Source: Bugula neritina (lineage: Eukaryota; Animalia; Bryozoa). From it: DNA of 64,000 nt. The notes beneath the pieces are model-generated. The model worked only from the letters and a program-made list of their open reading frames with translations. It made no database searches and was not told where the DNA came from. Each line of letters begins with the position of its first letter. Within the stretch, counting starts at the first letter, position 1. The position numbers and the translations under genes are program-made. Of this stretch, positions 35,501 to 47,603 are shown in pieces. Location: contig OZ037767.1 in NCBI GenBank assembly GCA_964035545.1, positions 6,898,707-6,962,706 of the forward strand, given 5' to 3'.

Positions 35501-37849
35501 AAAGATAAATTTCAAACTTAGCAGCATAGCTTACAGGTTTGATTTTGAAAAAAACAATCTGTTGCAATTAAGATAAAGATATAGCATACAAAGAATAAAA
35601 CCTCTGCACATATATCTGAAAAATTATACTTTTGTGGAAAATAAATTAAACTAATTATCTTCTTGTTGCAGAAATCTAATATTGAAGTTAAAGTTATATA
35701 CGCAATAACATTAAATAAGCGCAACCAAAATTGAGTCATAAAATTAAACGTCACTGGGACAGAAAGAATCACTTACCCAAGCCCTGAACCCTGCTACCCA
35801 TGCAGGACAGAGCTGGGATAGGTGAGGCAAACACAAACTTTAAATCAGATCCTCCTGATGTCCTTCACTGAGGACACAACCTACCACAAGGCTGACCAGG
35901 CATCAAATGGAGCTCAGGGTCACAGCATAATCTATAGATTTACCAGCAGTATCCTTTTTGGAAACTTTGCGGTTACATCATCCAAACTCCTCTTGGTTCA
36001 TCGGTAAAGATACACTGAGATCTACGACAGTTGTTGAATAAATTAGAAAAAATTCTAGACCTCATCGCAACATATGATGCATTCTAAAAAAATTAAAGTA
36101 ATTATTTAATATTTTCATTGTTTAAATTTTCAACACTAAAAATTTATTAAAACAAAACAAAATTTAGTTTGAGAAAAATACATATATTACCACGATTAGT
36201 TACATGAGCATCTAATATGAATTTCTTATAGATTATATATTTCAACAACATTGCGCTGATTATTTTTAATTTCAACTTGAGTTTATGATTTAAAAATATT
36301 TTCAAATATTATAAAATTCTATATAACATATATATAGTAGCAAATTATTATTACAAAATATAATATACATCAGCTATTTCATCAGTTAAACAGTGTCTTC
36401 AAAGTTATCTTTTTCTTTTAACTAATTTCTATACTTTGTGGAAAAATTGAAACGTTTTAGTTTTACTTTTTTCTCAATTTGACCAAACAGTTTTTTTAAT
36501 AGATATGTTATAATTAATTTATTCTAATGAAAAAAGTAGGTATGCTTTTTTCAATTATGTTACGCAAACCAAAATATGGTTCAAGTTCAACATTGACTGA
36601 GATATTTTTGATTATTGACTTTAATTATAAAAAAAATCATGTAAGCTAAAACACTATAACTATATATAAATTATCAGTTATATTATATACTATATGTTGT
36701 TTTATTATATTGCCTTTATTTACCATGCATAACATTGATATACAAGCTAGCATAAAAATAAAAAAGTCTATATAAGTTATATGATATAAGAGACCATATT
36801 TACTAAATTCTTCATATAAACTAATTGTGTAACATTTGAAAGGCTGGTTAACACTATTAAACTATTATCACTTACCAATAAGCTAGTTAGAATATCCTAT
36901 TTTTCCACTACATCTACTCCAGCTTCAGTTCATTACACAGTCTCTCAGTTTGACCCAACCATCTCCACATCTGCTGAGTCACCTCTCACAATTCATGTTA
37001 GATCCCTTTCTGGTCATGTGACTCCTTGTTTATCTGGTGGCACCTGTTGGATAATCAAAAGCTGCGTTTAACACATTCATACACATTTTGACTGGTCTTC
37101 ACTTATTTACCACATATAACTTCACATTACCAACTATGTCTACCATAGTTAATGTGTTGATCATTTTGATCACTGTTAAGTCTCCTGATTACTTATTTTG
37201 CACCTAATTTATACTGATTTTAGTTCATCCCCTGACTCTTTCATGTACAACATATGCCAGACACAACAATCTAATGCTTTAGTTTCCTAGCTAGTACTTT
37301 TATGCCTCCCTGTGCCCTGTAAACAAATGTCTTTTTTCTTTCTATAAAAATTTATAGTTTAAAAACCCTGTTCCAGGCAAATTTATACAAGATATTTTTT
37401 GAAACATGGTGCCTGATTTGTCTTGTTGATTATGGGAAATTTTTAAATTGATGCACACCTTTTCTTTGCTGCGGTTCCCATATGGAGTGTGAGAATTTAG
37501 CCCTTATACTGTAATGGTTAGCCTGGTAGCTTGCCAATTGAAGGCCTGCAGTTTGATTCCAGATGAGAACAGAAATTTTTACAACTATAGTATTAACATT
37601 TCTTTTACTGAGTATTACAATGTCTAAATTTGCTAAGTTTAGTTTATTTTAAGCGTATTGTTCCATGTTGTTTAAGTGTCCGGTGTCATTAGCATACGTC
37701 AGAGTGTTGGGTAAAATTTGAAATTCACACCTTCCTTATGATTTTCTGCTCTATTTTTTACTCAATTGTTTTATGTCCACTCTCAATAAAATCTTGTAAA
37801 TTTAACTCTTTAACACTCAAAGAACGAAGCTCATGCATCAATTATGCTA

Positions 37850-38002
37850 GGGAGCAACCGTGGTCTAGGCGTTAGAGCGTTTGCCATGGGTTAAAGCATC
37901 CAGTCATAATTGCTCCTGTGTCCCATCTGAATAAGTCCTTAGCCTGAGTTAACAAAAACCCTTTCTATCAGGGGTTTCTCACAGGAATGGTGACTATAAG
38001 CT
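37850..38002 (+). mobile_element. tRNA-derived SINE-like repeat (other copies 41221-41342 minus, ~45005-45115 plus)
   Basis: Shared core CCAGTCAT.ATTGCTCCTGTG.CCCAT.TGAATAAGTCCTTAGCC; A-box-like TGGTCTAGG here and B-box-like GGTTCAAGCC in the 41.3-kb copy. Confidence 0.65.
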
Positions 38003-39502
38003 TGCGTGAGTTTATTTGTGAATAGGAAGCAAAATAAATTATTAGAATAGGCCGAGAGTTTTCGCTGCAACAAAAATTGTAACCTGCTTTTTATTTCAGC
38101 TATAGAATTCCTGTGTCTCAAGCTCAGACATTTCAATTTTATTACCAGTAGTTGTTCAAATAAAGTTATTATAGAAATTTTTTTACCGCTTATACCCAAC
38201 TTCCTTTTATATGCTTTGAGCCAATCCATTTGCTGAGCTCAAGCTTTTTTGATCTTTTAGCTTTTAGCAATTAAATAACACATATTTTTCCTAGACTACT
38301 CTAGCTGAAAACTAAGAGCATTTCCTGTTCTAATGATGTATTAATCTGTGAACCAACAGAGTTCTGATGTACGAACTAGCTGGAACAAATCGTGTAATAA
38401 GCCAATTATACAACTTCATAGAGTCATCCTTCTTCCAACCTTCAAACTGAGATTTATACGTAGGGAACACAAAAATCTCTCGTCATGACAGTTTGGTTTT
38501 CTTTGTAATTTCAAGCTCTGATAGCATTTTTCAGTTTGTCATATAAACCAGTTTTATGTTTGATTTGCATACTAAAAGCATTTACTGCTAAATATAAATA
38601 GGGAGCTTTTTGTAGTGTCTATACTTAGTGTATTTTAGACCAAAGCTGCTCACTATTTGAAAGTTGCTAAGCAGAGAAAAAGATATCAGTCATAAATAAT
38701 ATCCACAAAACTAGGGATTCACGTTGTATAAATAAGCTTACAAACTTACCTAACCTCTAAACTTATCATCTTTTTAAACTTTTCCAGAGCACCGATGAAA
38801 TGGATATATTTAAGTGAAACTGAAGCTAGGAAGTCAGTTTAGAAAAGCTCAGGTTAAAATTACTCTCCTTACTCAGAAATCTTGCCTCACTTTTAGTCGG
38901 CAGAGCAAACTGTTTAGCAGGAAACTACTTTGATCTCTCACTGCATTTTGTAACTAAATATTAGTTAATTTATGTAGAGACAACTCTCCCTTATTCCTGC
39001 TTTGAGTATCAAATCAGGTTAAAGATTATTTTACCGATATTTATCGCAAGAGCTTTATATTACTAACTTTTGCTATTTCGAGTTTTATGTCAAAATTAAG
39101 TTTATTTCTATTGGCGTCAAGTTTGACTGAAATTTAAAAATTATAATAACTTTTTATTGTAATTGGAAACTAAAAGCTGTTACACCTTAATTTTTCTTAT
39201 TGAGTGCTTTTAACCAAATAATTGGTTTTAACATTTTCAATGCAGCTTTGTAATAAGCTAAATCTTCTGTAGCAGTCAGCTGTAAAATCACATGAACATA
39301 TGTTACAAAATGGATACTTTACCTAATAACTAATAACAAAAATATAAAATGCCAGCCTATATTCTAAATAACTAATGAAAAGCATAAAACCCTCAAGAAA
39401 AATGATAAAAACCTATAATTTTTCTTTTTAAGTTGTCTACTTTTAGAAGTTTTCCTGTCTAAACTCTCGGGTCATAAACTTCTAGTCTCCTCACATGCTA
39501 TT

Positions 39503-39896
<394 letters not shown>

Positions 39897-42800
39897 CTAT
39901 TTTTCCTGTTAGATTTGTGCATTTTTGAGATGAAATTTTCTATAAATCGTCTGCTAGAATCCCTTTTCGACATCATGGTTGAATATTTTATAGGTCAATT
40001 AGTATTGCCAAATCAACTTCAATCATCAACTTTTCCTAGTGTTTTAAATTTTGCAAGAAACATTATGGGTAAAAGTTGTAGGCCTATCACAACAACCAAG
40101 ATACCATGTAACACCTATAGCATTCAGATGCTAAATAAAGCCATAGAATAACTGAAAAATGAGAAAGGTTTTCAGTTTTATAATTACTACCATTATCTAG
40201 TCACTAAAGTCTGTTGGAATTGTGTTGATGCCTATAGCTAAGACTTAACTTTTTCAAAGCACCCAAAGAAAGAGGCAATTAAACTTCCCTGAAATCACCT
40301 GTATGAAACTGATTTGGTTGGCAGAAAAATGTTCAAACAAAACTATAAAATGCTTTATATGAAAGCAGCTGCAGGCAGTGAAAGCAAATAATTTTTCATA
40401 AATTAGTTTCAATTTCTGCAGGAGTGAGTTCAAAGAGTAGCTGTATCCCCATAGTTTCTCTAAACCTTCATTAACAGTTAAACTCATACTGACATGCTCT
40501 TCAGATATTTTGATACGACTTCAAACATGTACTGCAGATTTGGCATGCATATTATTTGATTTTATGTAAAAATGGCACAGGTAGCTACGTACCTATACTT
40601 TGTTATTTAGCCATTATTGCCAGCTAACAAGACTTCAAAAAAATTACTTTGCTATTTATGGAGACATAGCATCGATTAAAGTGTGTAACAGCTTATTTGA
40701 TTGGCCTAATTGTTTAGGTATAATTATTTTTTAGCTTAAAGCGTATTTTTATACAACTGCCTTCGAGGTCAAGTTTAGTGTTAGGATTCATAGACGTTTA
40801 TTTGACTGGGGGTTTTAGAGCAAAGTGATAATAACTAATGTTTTGTTGCTTTCAACCAAACTTGGCTGATTCTCATTACAGATATGACTGCAGAGGTTGT
40901 GAGATTTTAGTGACTCTCTGGAAAAATTGGTATTCATTTCTTTGCTTCAAGATTTGCTATAAATAATGACTAAGTAAACCGTAAGTTGATAGATTATGCT
41001 ATTTCAATTCAATTTCTTATAATTATTATGCATTGATAAAGTATTGGTGAACATTTTATTAAATTAAAAAGTTTATTTTACTTGTTAAACAGAAAAGTTG
41101 CAGGAGATAAAACCAAATTAATGGTAAAGTTATTGTAAACCCTGAATATGCAAGTTTTAAGAATGAATTAAAAATGAAACTGAAGGCAATTTCATCATGA
41201 GTTCTGCTAAAAACAGTTAATTGTTAAAATCGGGCTAAGGACTTATTCAAATGGGGCACAGGAGCAATAATGACTGGAAGCTCTTCCTAACATTACCAAT
41301 GGCCTATACCGGGGCTTGAACCCCTAGACTCTGGCTGCTCCCTATCTCTCCCATTGAATGTTGCTATTTAGTATCAAATTTTAGATTATACCTCCATATA
41401 TTGAAACTTTTTTTATTAGTTGTTAAAGATGCCCTTTTAAGGTGTGAGTTTTTAGGTTGAAAATTAATTTATACTCAATGACAATATTTCTATACATACA
41501 CAATATTTTAGGATTTCAGGTTTCAGGGTATTTTGTATACCACGTATTTTTGGTTTATAATCAACGTCTTTTAAGTTGTTGTTAGTTAGTTTCAGGAATA
41601 CTCGAGCGATGTTGCCTTGTGAATGATATTTTCGCTTATCAATAGAGACTTTATAAATTAGGTTTGTAATTGAATCTGTTGTTGATCCCACAGCGGGATG
41701 TTTGGAAATTTTGAATTGAGTTGTGAATAAAAATAAAACTAAACTATGTTGATGCAAAATTATTTCTGCAGCAACCCTATTTTTGAAATATATACTGTTA
41801 TATTCAGGAACATTACACTAAGCTGTTGTTAAGTGGATTAACTGATGAAGTCTCCAGACTGGTACACAAGCAGTGACATTCACTGAGTTAAATCATTTAA
41901 GGAATTTGGTTTATTCAACTTGGAATAGCTACTTCTTTCAACTAAATCATGCAAAGCCATTCTTTATGAACAAAAGTGCTAAGTTAATACCTATGTGCAG
42001 GTATGCAGCTAGTAAACACTGTGAACTAGTATTATGTAATATATAATTGTATATATTTTATATTCTGCTACTATGCAATAAACACCATTAAAAGTATTAT
42101 TATGTAGATAGTAATAAAACTACTGCAGTTTCCATGCATTCAGTCAACAACTTATATTGAGACACTTATACTTGTCTATATGATATAGAAGAGATCAACA
42201 CTTGACAGTTCTATTATAAGCTAGACATTCAGGTGTAGTAGTGGAGAAATTGAGATAAACTAAGTTCTTTAAATTTACTTATAGGTTTTGGTTTGGGGCA
42301 CCGGTTAAAATTCTGTCAAAACATAACTTCTTTTGTTTCATTACTAATCTAGAACACATGCTAGAACTCACCCTTGCAGTAATATTACACTTGGGAATAT
42401 ATTAGAATACACTTACCTGCACAATGTGTATTTTTACAACTAGTTATTAGTTTACATTAAGAAGCATACTCCTGTCATTAAAAGATGGATTGAGAATTAG
42501 CTCGCTCATGAAGGAAGTTTAATAGCTTCTGTTACTGCAACAAAAGTTATAGCTTTCAGTGAAATAGCCAAAGCAGCTATATGTATGTAAAATAGTGCAC
42601 TGGTAGAATGTTGCCTGTTTGGTGGTTCCATTTCCTGATTTCATATAGATTTTAGGCTATTGTAAAGCAGATGTTTTAACCCTTGATTTGGTATGCAGTA
42701 TTTTATGTCTTCTACAAATTACAGTCGGTGATATATAAGCAGGATAATGGATGGAAAAGGTATATAAGTACATGTGCAGGATGTTAGTGTATCTACTGTA

Positions 42801-43179
42801 GGTAGGACGTTAGTTCAAGTAAGTAGGGAAATAATTCACATGACTTATATAATCTCACAATCTTTTTTCACAATATTATAAGTTTAAACAGTTACATTAT
42901 ACATGCTTAGGGGTTATATGATAAAACTATTTGTTTTTTATTAAGCAAAATAATTTTCAAAACTCTAGAAAGCCCATAATAAGGACAAGATCACACTTTA
43001 AGTTTTGTGGCTAAAATTAATTATTTTCCCTCTCACTAGACTAACAAGCACAAAGGGTATGAAACTTGCTAATATTAAAAGCAGAAGAACTCCAAGTACA
43101 GCTATCAGAGTCATAGACAACAATATACAGTAATTTGCTTTTAGAGAGTTGAAGAGAAGATAACTCTATATTGCTGCAC

Positions 43180-43368
43180 AGGTAGAAATGGCACAGGTAA
43201 TAAGGGCACAAATGGAAAACAAGGAAAAAATGGCACACTGATGTTAAGTTTTCCCAAACTCCTACCCCAAATATCCAACCACAACCCAAACCCTAATATT
43301 GAAATTGTGCCATTTTTATCTACTTTGCCATTTGTGCCATTATTGCCTGCATGTGCCATTTTTACCCT
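43180..43368. mobile_element. Small MITE with subterminal AATGGCAC repeats and AACCCT-like core
   Basis: GGTAGAAATGGCACA at left vs TGTGCCATTTTTACC at right; mirrored internal repeats. Confidence 0.6.
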
Positions 43369-43729
43369 AATATTGTATTGCTACTACATGTATGCATATT
43401 ATAGATTCTATCTAGTAATCGCAAGCAAAGAGAAAATAGCAAGTGTCAATATGAATTACACAACATGAATACAAAATTGCACTCCTACATATAAACTACG
43501 GACAGATAGAGTTAGCCTACTGAATGCAACACTAATTATTATTTTAAAGTTTTAAACTATAAAGGAAACTGTAGCGTGCTATAGTATAGTGTATGTAATC
43601 AAGGCCATCATATTTCTTGTTAACAGTACAATTTGAGATTTCAACTGACAGTGGCTTTAATAGCTCCATGTCTCTTGTAATAATTGATACTTGAAAGTTT
43701 GAAACTAGCATCTGAACCGTCTGTTTTAA

Positions 43730-44498
43730 AGGATTGCTCAATCTTAGTTTATTACAATCACATTATAATTATGAACTATAATTTAATGTGTATGCAAACA
43801 ATTGTGACTTTGCAAAGGGATATGTGCCTAGAAAACAGCTTTTCAAAATTCCAATTTATAGGGCGGTAAAATTTTCAGCCATGAAAAAGAATAGCCTAAT
43901 ACGTGACGTGTGAACGCCAGTAACTATGCTGCACGTGCTAACTATAACGCTAGTATTCAAGGTTGCTGAGCACAACATCAACCAATAACGCTCAAGCAGT
44001 TACAGTGCGCTATATAGGTCAGCTTTGGTGCGCCCGTAATATTGCACAATCTGACCTAGTTTAGATCGATCGCAGGCATTCATCCTAAAGAATGCATGCT
44101 TTTGCAATGCTTTTTTCTAATGGTTACAAGCAAAATATAGCCTAATGTTATTACATACATGTTATTTAAAATGTCAAAAAACTATAGATTAAGATAATTC
44201 ACATTTGCACTTCTATAAATATACAAATTACGAGCTAAAAGATCACATCTCACAGTCATATTTCTATAGTTATTTATTTGTATAGTCACGTGACCAGCAG
44301 GAATGCTGGCGCTGTTACGTCACAGTTCCCAGCTCATTTCAAAATCGGCGTTTTGGCTGTTACCAATCTACACCCTCAACTTCAACTAACTTTTTCTACC
44401 TTTGGTCAAATGCTTTTTGTCAATGCATGCTTAGAAAAACACAATATTATGTGTGTTTGACCTAAATGGCCATTTATTAGACAAGATAGAGCAATCCT
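43730..44498. mobile_element. Non-autonomous DNA transposon with TTAA TSD (Kolobok-like)
   Basis: TIR AGGATTGCTC.ATCTT at both ends; TTAA flanks (43726-43729, 44499-44502); removing it restores a sequence matching the paralogous empty site near 30021-30075 in inverted orientation. Confidence 0.75.
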
Positions 44499-45271
44499 TT
44501 AAAGGATTGACGCTTTCAACAGTTTATTGAAATCTTTCAAACTCAAGATAGAAGCAGCTGTACAGACAATAAATTCATATTCATAATTCAAAATTTGAAA
44601 GAAATCAATTAATTAAGGAGAGTTATAATGCACATTAAAATTAAGTTATGCAATATAACAAACTCTTCAACTTTCGTTTCAATACACATAACAAAATCTA
44701 TACCAGAGATGTTTGTTATAACTGATAGGTTTAGTTTTGCTAATTAAATTAAACTTTTACGTTTGAAGTCAACAGTTGCATTACAAACACAGAGTTTATA
44801 TATAACTTTAGTTTAAATTGATGACTCAAAGTCAAATAAAAATACCAACAGCATGTAAATGTAAATAACCAAAAGTTCACATATGTAACTTAGACAGCAC
44901 AACAGTTTTTATGTAAATCTAATTTTCTTGGAAACTGGTTGACTAATATGCTCTTGGTGTAATACCAAGAACTAGGTTGTTTTCAGGTCACTGGTCATTG
45001 ATGATATTAGGAAGAGCAACCAGCTATAACTGCCCCTGTGCCCCATTTGAATAATTGTACTTAGTCTGATTTAACCTAACCCTTTCCATCAGGGGTTCTT
45101 CACAGGGATGGTGAGTTCTTTTAAAGCATTTAACATAGCATAGTAAATGATAACCCAGTATCTCGGTATCTTGCCCATAAGTGTCATGCAGTGGTTGAAA
45201 TTATTTAACAGTATTTAGTTAGCTCAATAAGCCTAAATTTGAAATCTTTTACTTTATTATAATATAATGCA

Positions 45272-45375
45272 AGTAGTAGCAGGTGGATGGTCCTGGCTCA
45301 CTCTTCTTCCACCGTCGAGTCTTCGACTCGCCAGTGTCAGAAGAGTGATCCAGGACGCATCCACCTGCTACTACT
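45272..45375. repeat. Terminal 104-bp imperfect palindrome at the Polinton left end
   Basis: AGTAGTAGCAGGTGGATG-GTCCTGG-TCACTCTTCT-CGAGTC/GACTCG-AGAAGAGTGA-CCAGGAC-CATCCACCTGCTACTACT. Confidence 0.9.
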
Positions 45376-45567
45376 CTATTAGTAATATTATGAAAAAGTA
45401 GTGTAATATTATAAAAAAGTAGTGTAATATTATAAATTTTATTTAGAAAAATATTTTTTTTAAAATAAGAAAAAAAATATTTTTAGGGTGGATGGTTCTA
45501 GCTCACAATACGATACTATTAGTAAGATAATAAATTATTATACGTTAAGAATATAATAATTTAGTGT

Positions 45568-46344
45568 TTAAACGTCATAACTTGGAAATGTTGGTAAAGA
45601 TTCAGTAGATTCGGTTATATCTCCATCATTCGTTGATAAAACTAATTTATTACCAACTGCTCCTTGTAATTTAGGAATAGCGTAATTATTTATATTATTT
45701 ATTGTAATAAGATCTGAAATATTTATATCCGTTTCTACAATATTACCATCACTCGAAAGCATTAATAATTTACCTCCGATTATTGGTTGTATTTTATTCA
45801 TAGCGAAATTATTTATATTACTAGTCGTAATAATATCGCTAACGCTTAAACTACTATCCACAACATTACCCGAAGTAGTTGAAACGGTTAATTTTTCATT
45901 CGCGGGTTGTATTTTATTTATAGCGAAATTATTTATATTACTAGTCGTAACAATATCGCTAACGCTTAAATTACTATCTACAATATTACCCGTATTAGTT
46001 GATACGGTTAATTTTTCACTCGGGTCTCGTATAAGAGGTACGGCGTAATTAGATACATTAGTTTTTGTAACGACATCATCAACTTTTAAATCGCTATCTA
46101 TAACGCGTCCATCGTCGGTTGATATAGTTAATTGATTAATAGGGTTTTGTATTTTAGGCATACTCGTATCGTCAACGTATTTTTTTGTAGCCGCGTCTTG
46201 ATCGTCAGCCGGATTAATAACTCTAGATATTTTATTTTCACCCATATCTAATGTACCCGTAAGAGTACTACTACCGTTTATTAAAACGAATTTTTTTGTA
46301 TCTATTTTTGTTTTTTCGCTTCCTCCGAATTTATAAACACTCAT
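45568..46344 (-). CDS. Fibre-like repeat protein
   Basis: LTGTLDMGENKISRVINPADDQDAATKKYVD (phage tail-fibre/adhesin-stalk-like motif) followed by ~4.5 repeats of 40-41 aa. Confidence 0.65.
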   Translation of the reverse strand: MSVYKFGGSEKTKIDTKKFVLINGSSTLTGTLDMGENKISRVINPADDQDAATKKYVDDTSMPKIQNPINQLTISTDDGRVIDSDLKVDDVVTKTNVSNYAVPLIRDPSEKLTVSTNTGNIVDSNLSVSDIVTTSNINNFAINKIQPANEKLTVSTTSGNVVDSSLSVSDIITTSNINNFAMNKIQPIIGGKLLMLSSDGNIVETDINISDLITINNINNYAIPKLQGAVGNKLVLSTNDGDITESTESLPTFPSYDV

Positions 46345-46829
46345 TTATAATTGTAGTAAAGTTTTAATGACACTAATTCAAACGGTAAAGCTATAGGCGC
46401 GTTGTCATTAACCGTAATGTCATTGGGTTTACGACTAGTATAATCGTTTGAGCAGTGTAATACTAATCCAATATTTTTATCGCTCTCAATATATTCCAAC
46501 ATAGGTATTTTTACGCGCGCAACGCCTCCTTGAATTATATATTCTTTAGTATTGTGTTCGAGAGGGTTATTAACATTACCGATGATTAAAGTTAAATTTT
46601 TATCTTTCCAATATAAAGAATTATCATTATTAGCTGGAAGATGTTGAAATTCTAATAAAGCGTATTTTAGTTCTATTGGTTTATCCACTATATATCCCAA
46701 TAATATTCCTATATTAATTGTTGTGCTAAAAGATTGTATAAAAACATTATTATTTTTAGTTACGACTCTTTCGATATAATTTTCTTTTTTAGCTTTCGCT
46801 AATGATTTTCCAAATTTATAAACACTCAT
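46341..46829 (-). CDS. Hypothetical protein, possible second spike/fibre-head protein
   Basis: 162 aa, beta-rich looking; the N-terminal MSVYKFG is identical to the neighbouring fibre-like ORF. Confidence 0.55.
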   Translation of the reverse strand: MSVYKFGKSLAKAKKENYIERVVTKNNNVFIQSFSTTINIGILLGYIVDKPIELKYALLEFQHLPANNDNSLYWKDKNLTLIIGNVNNPLEHNTKEYIIQGGVARVKIPMLEYIESDKNIGLVLHCSNDYTSRKPNDITVNDNAPIALPFELVSLKLYYNYK

Positions 46830-46832
46830 TTA

Positions 46833-47591
46833 TTACGGTATATAAAATTCGTCTAACCCGTGTCTATATCTTCCATTATTTTTTGAGGAAGAAAGATCTA
46901 AAGTAATAAAGCCGTGAGGTTTTTGCCATCCTTTATAACAAAAGTTTTTAAATTCGTTTAACGTTAAATCTCCGTTTACGTGATCTTGATATATATGATT
47001 TAAATTTTTTCCGTCTTGAGGAAATAAGTAAATAAAATTAGCGTTTTCTCGAATAGTATTTCTAGGCAGCTTAAAATAATTTTGCGACAAATAAAAACAA
47101 TCGACGTTATTATGTCGTCCTCTTACGTAATAACTTTCGCAAGTTTTTTGTTTTTCCAACATTAAATCATCGAATATTATTAAATTTTTATTACTAGCGT
47201 CTAATTCGCTAGGATCATAAACGTCGTCACTAGATTCGATAAATTCGGCGTCTATATTACCGTTACCCCTACTATTTTTTAAAACACGATTTACGTTTAT
47301 ACCCGAATTTATTATCGCGTCACTATTTTTAAAAAAATTTAAAATTTCTTCTTTAGTTAATTTACGTTCGAAAGCCTTCCTCATATTTATATATTCGGGT
47401 TGAGAAAGACTTTTACCGTAAATCATAAGTTTATCGTAATCGAGCCAATTAGGTTGTAATAGTAAGTTACAAAGTAACGTAGTTTTACCGCATCCAGACT
47501 TTCCAACGATAAGACCTCTTATGCTTTTAGGAAGTAAAGGATTATTATTACGATTAATTTCGTTTTTCCACGAAAGATTTTCTATTTCCAT
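46833..47591 (-). CDS. Genome-packaging ATPase (A32-like, FtsK/HerA superfamily)
   Basis: Walker A GKSGCGKT, Walker B LIIFDD, RGRH arginine motif, LSQNY, IRENAN. Confidence 0.95.
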   Translation of the reverse strand: MEIENLSWKNEINRNNNPLLPKSIRGLIVGKSGCGKTTLLCNLLLQPNWLDYDKLMIYGKSLSQPEYINMRKAFERKLTKEEILNFFKNSDAIINSGINVNRVLKNSRGNGNIDAEFIESSDDVYDPSELDASNKNLIIFDDLMLEKQKTCESYYVRGRHNNVDCFYLSQNYFKLPRNTIRENANFIYLFPQDGKNLNHIYQDHVNGDLTLNEFKNFCYKGWQKPHGFITLDLSSSKNNGRYRHGLDEFYIP

Positions 47592-47603
47592 TTATTATAA
47601 TAA

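Noticed and set aside
37505-37580. tRNA-like segment
   Set aside because: Only degenerate A/B-box-like motifs and no convincing cloverleaf; at most a decayed SINE head.
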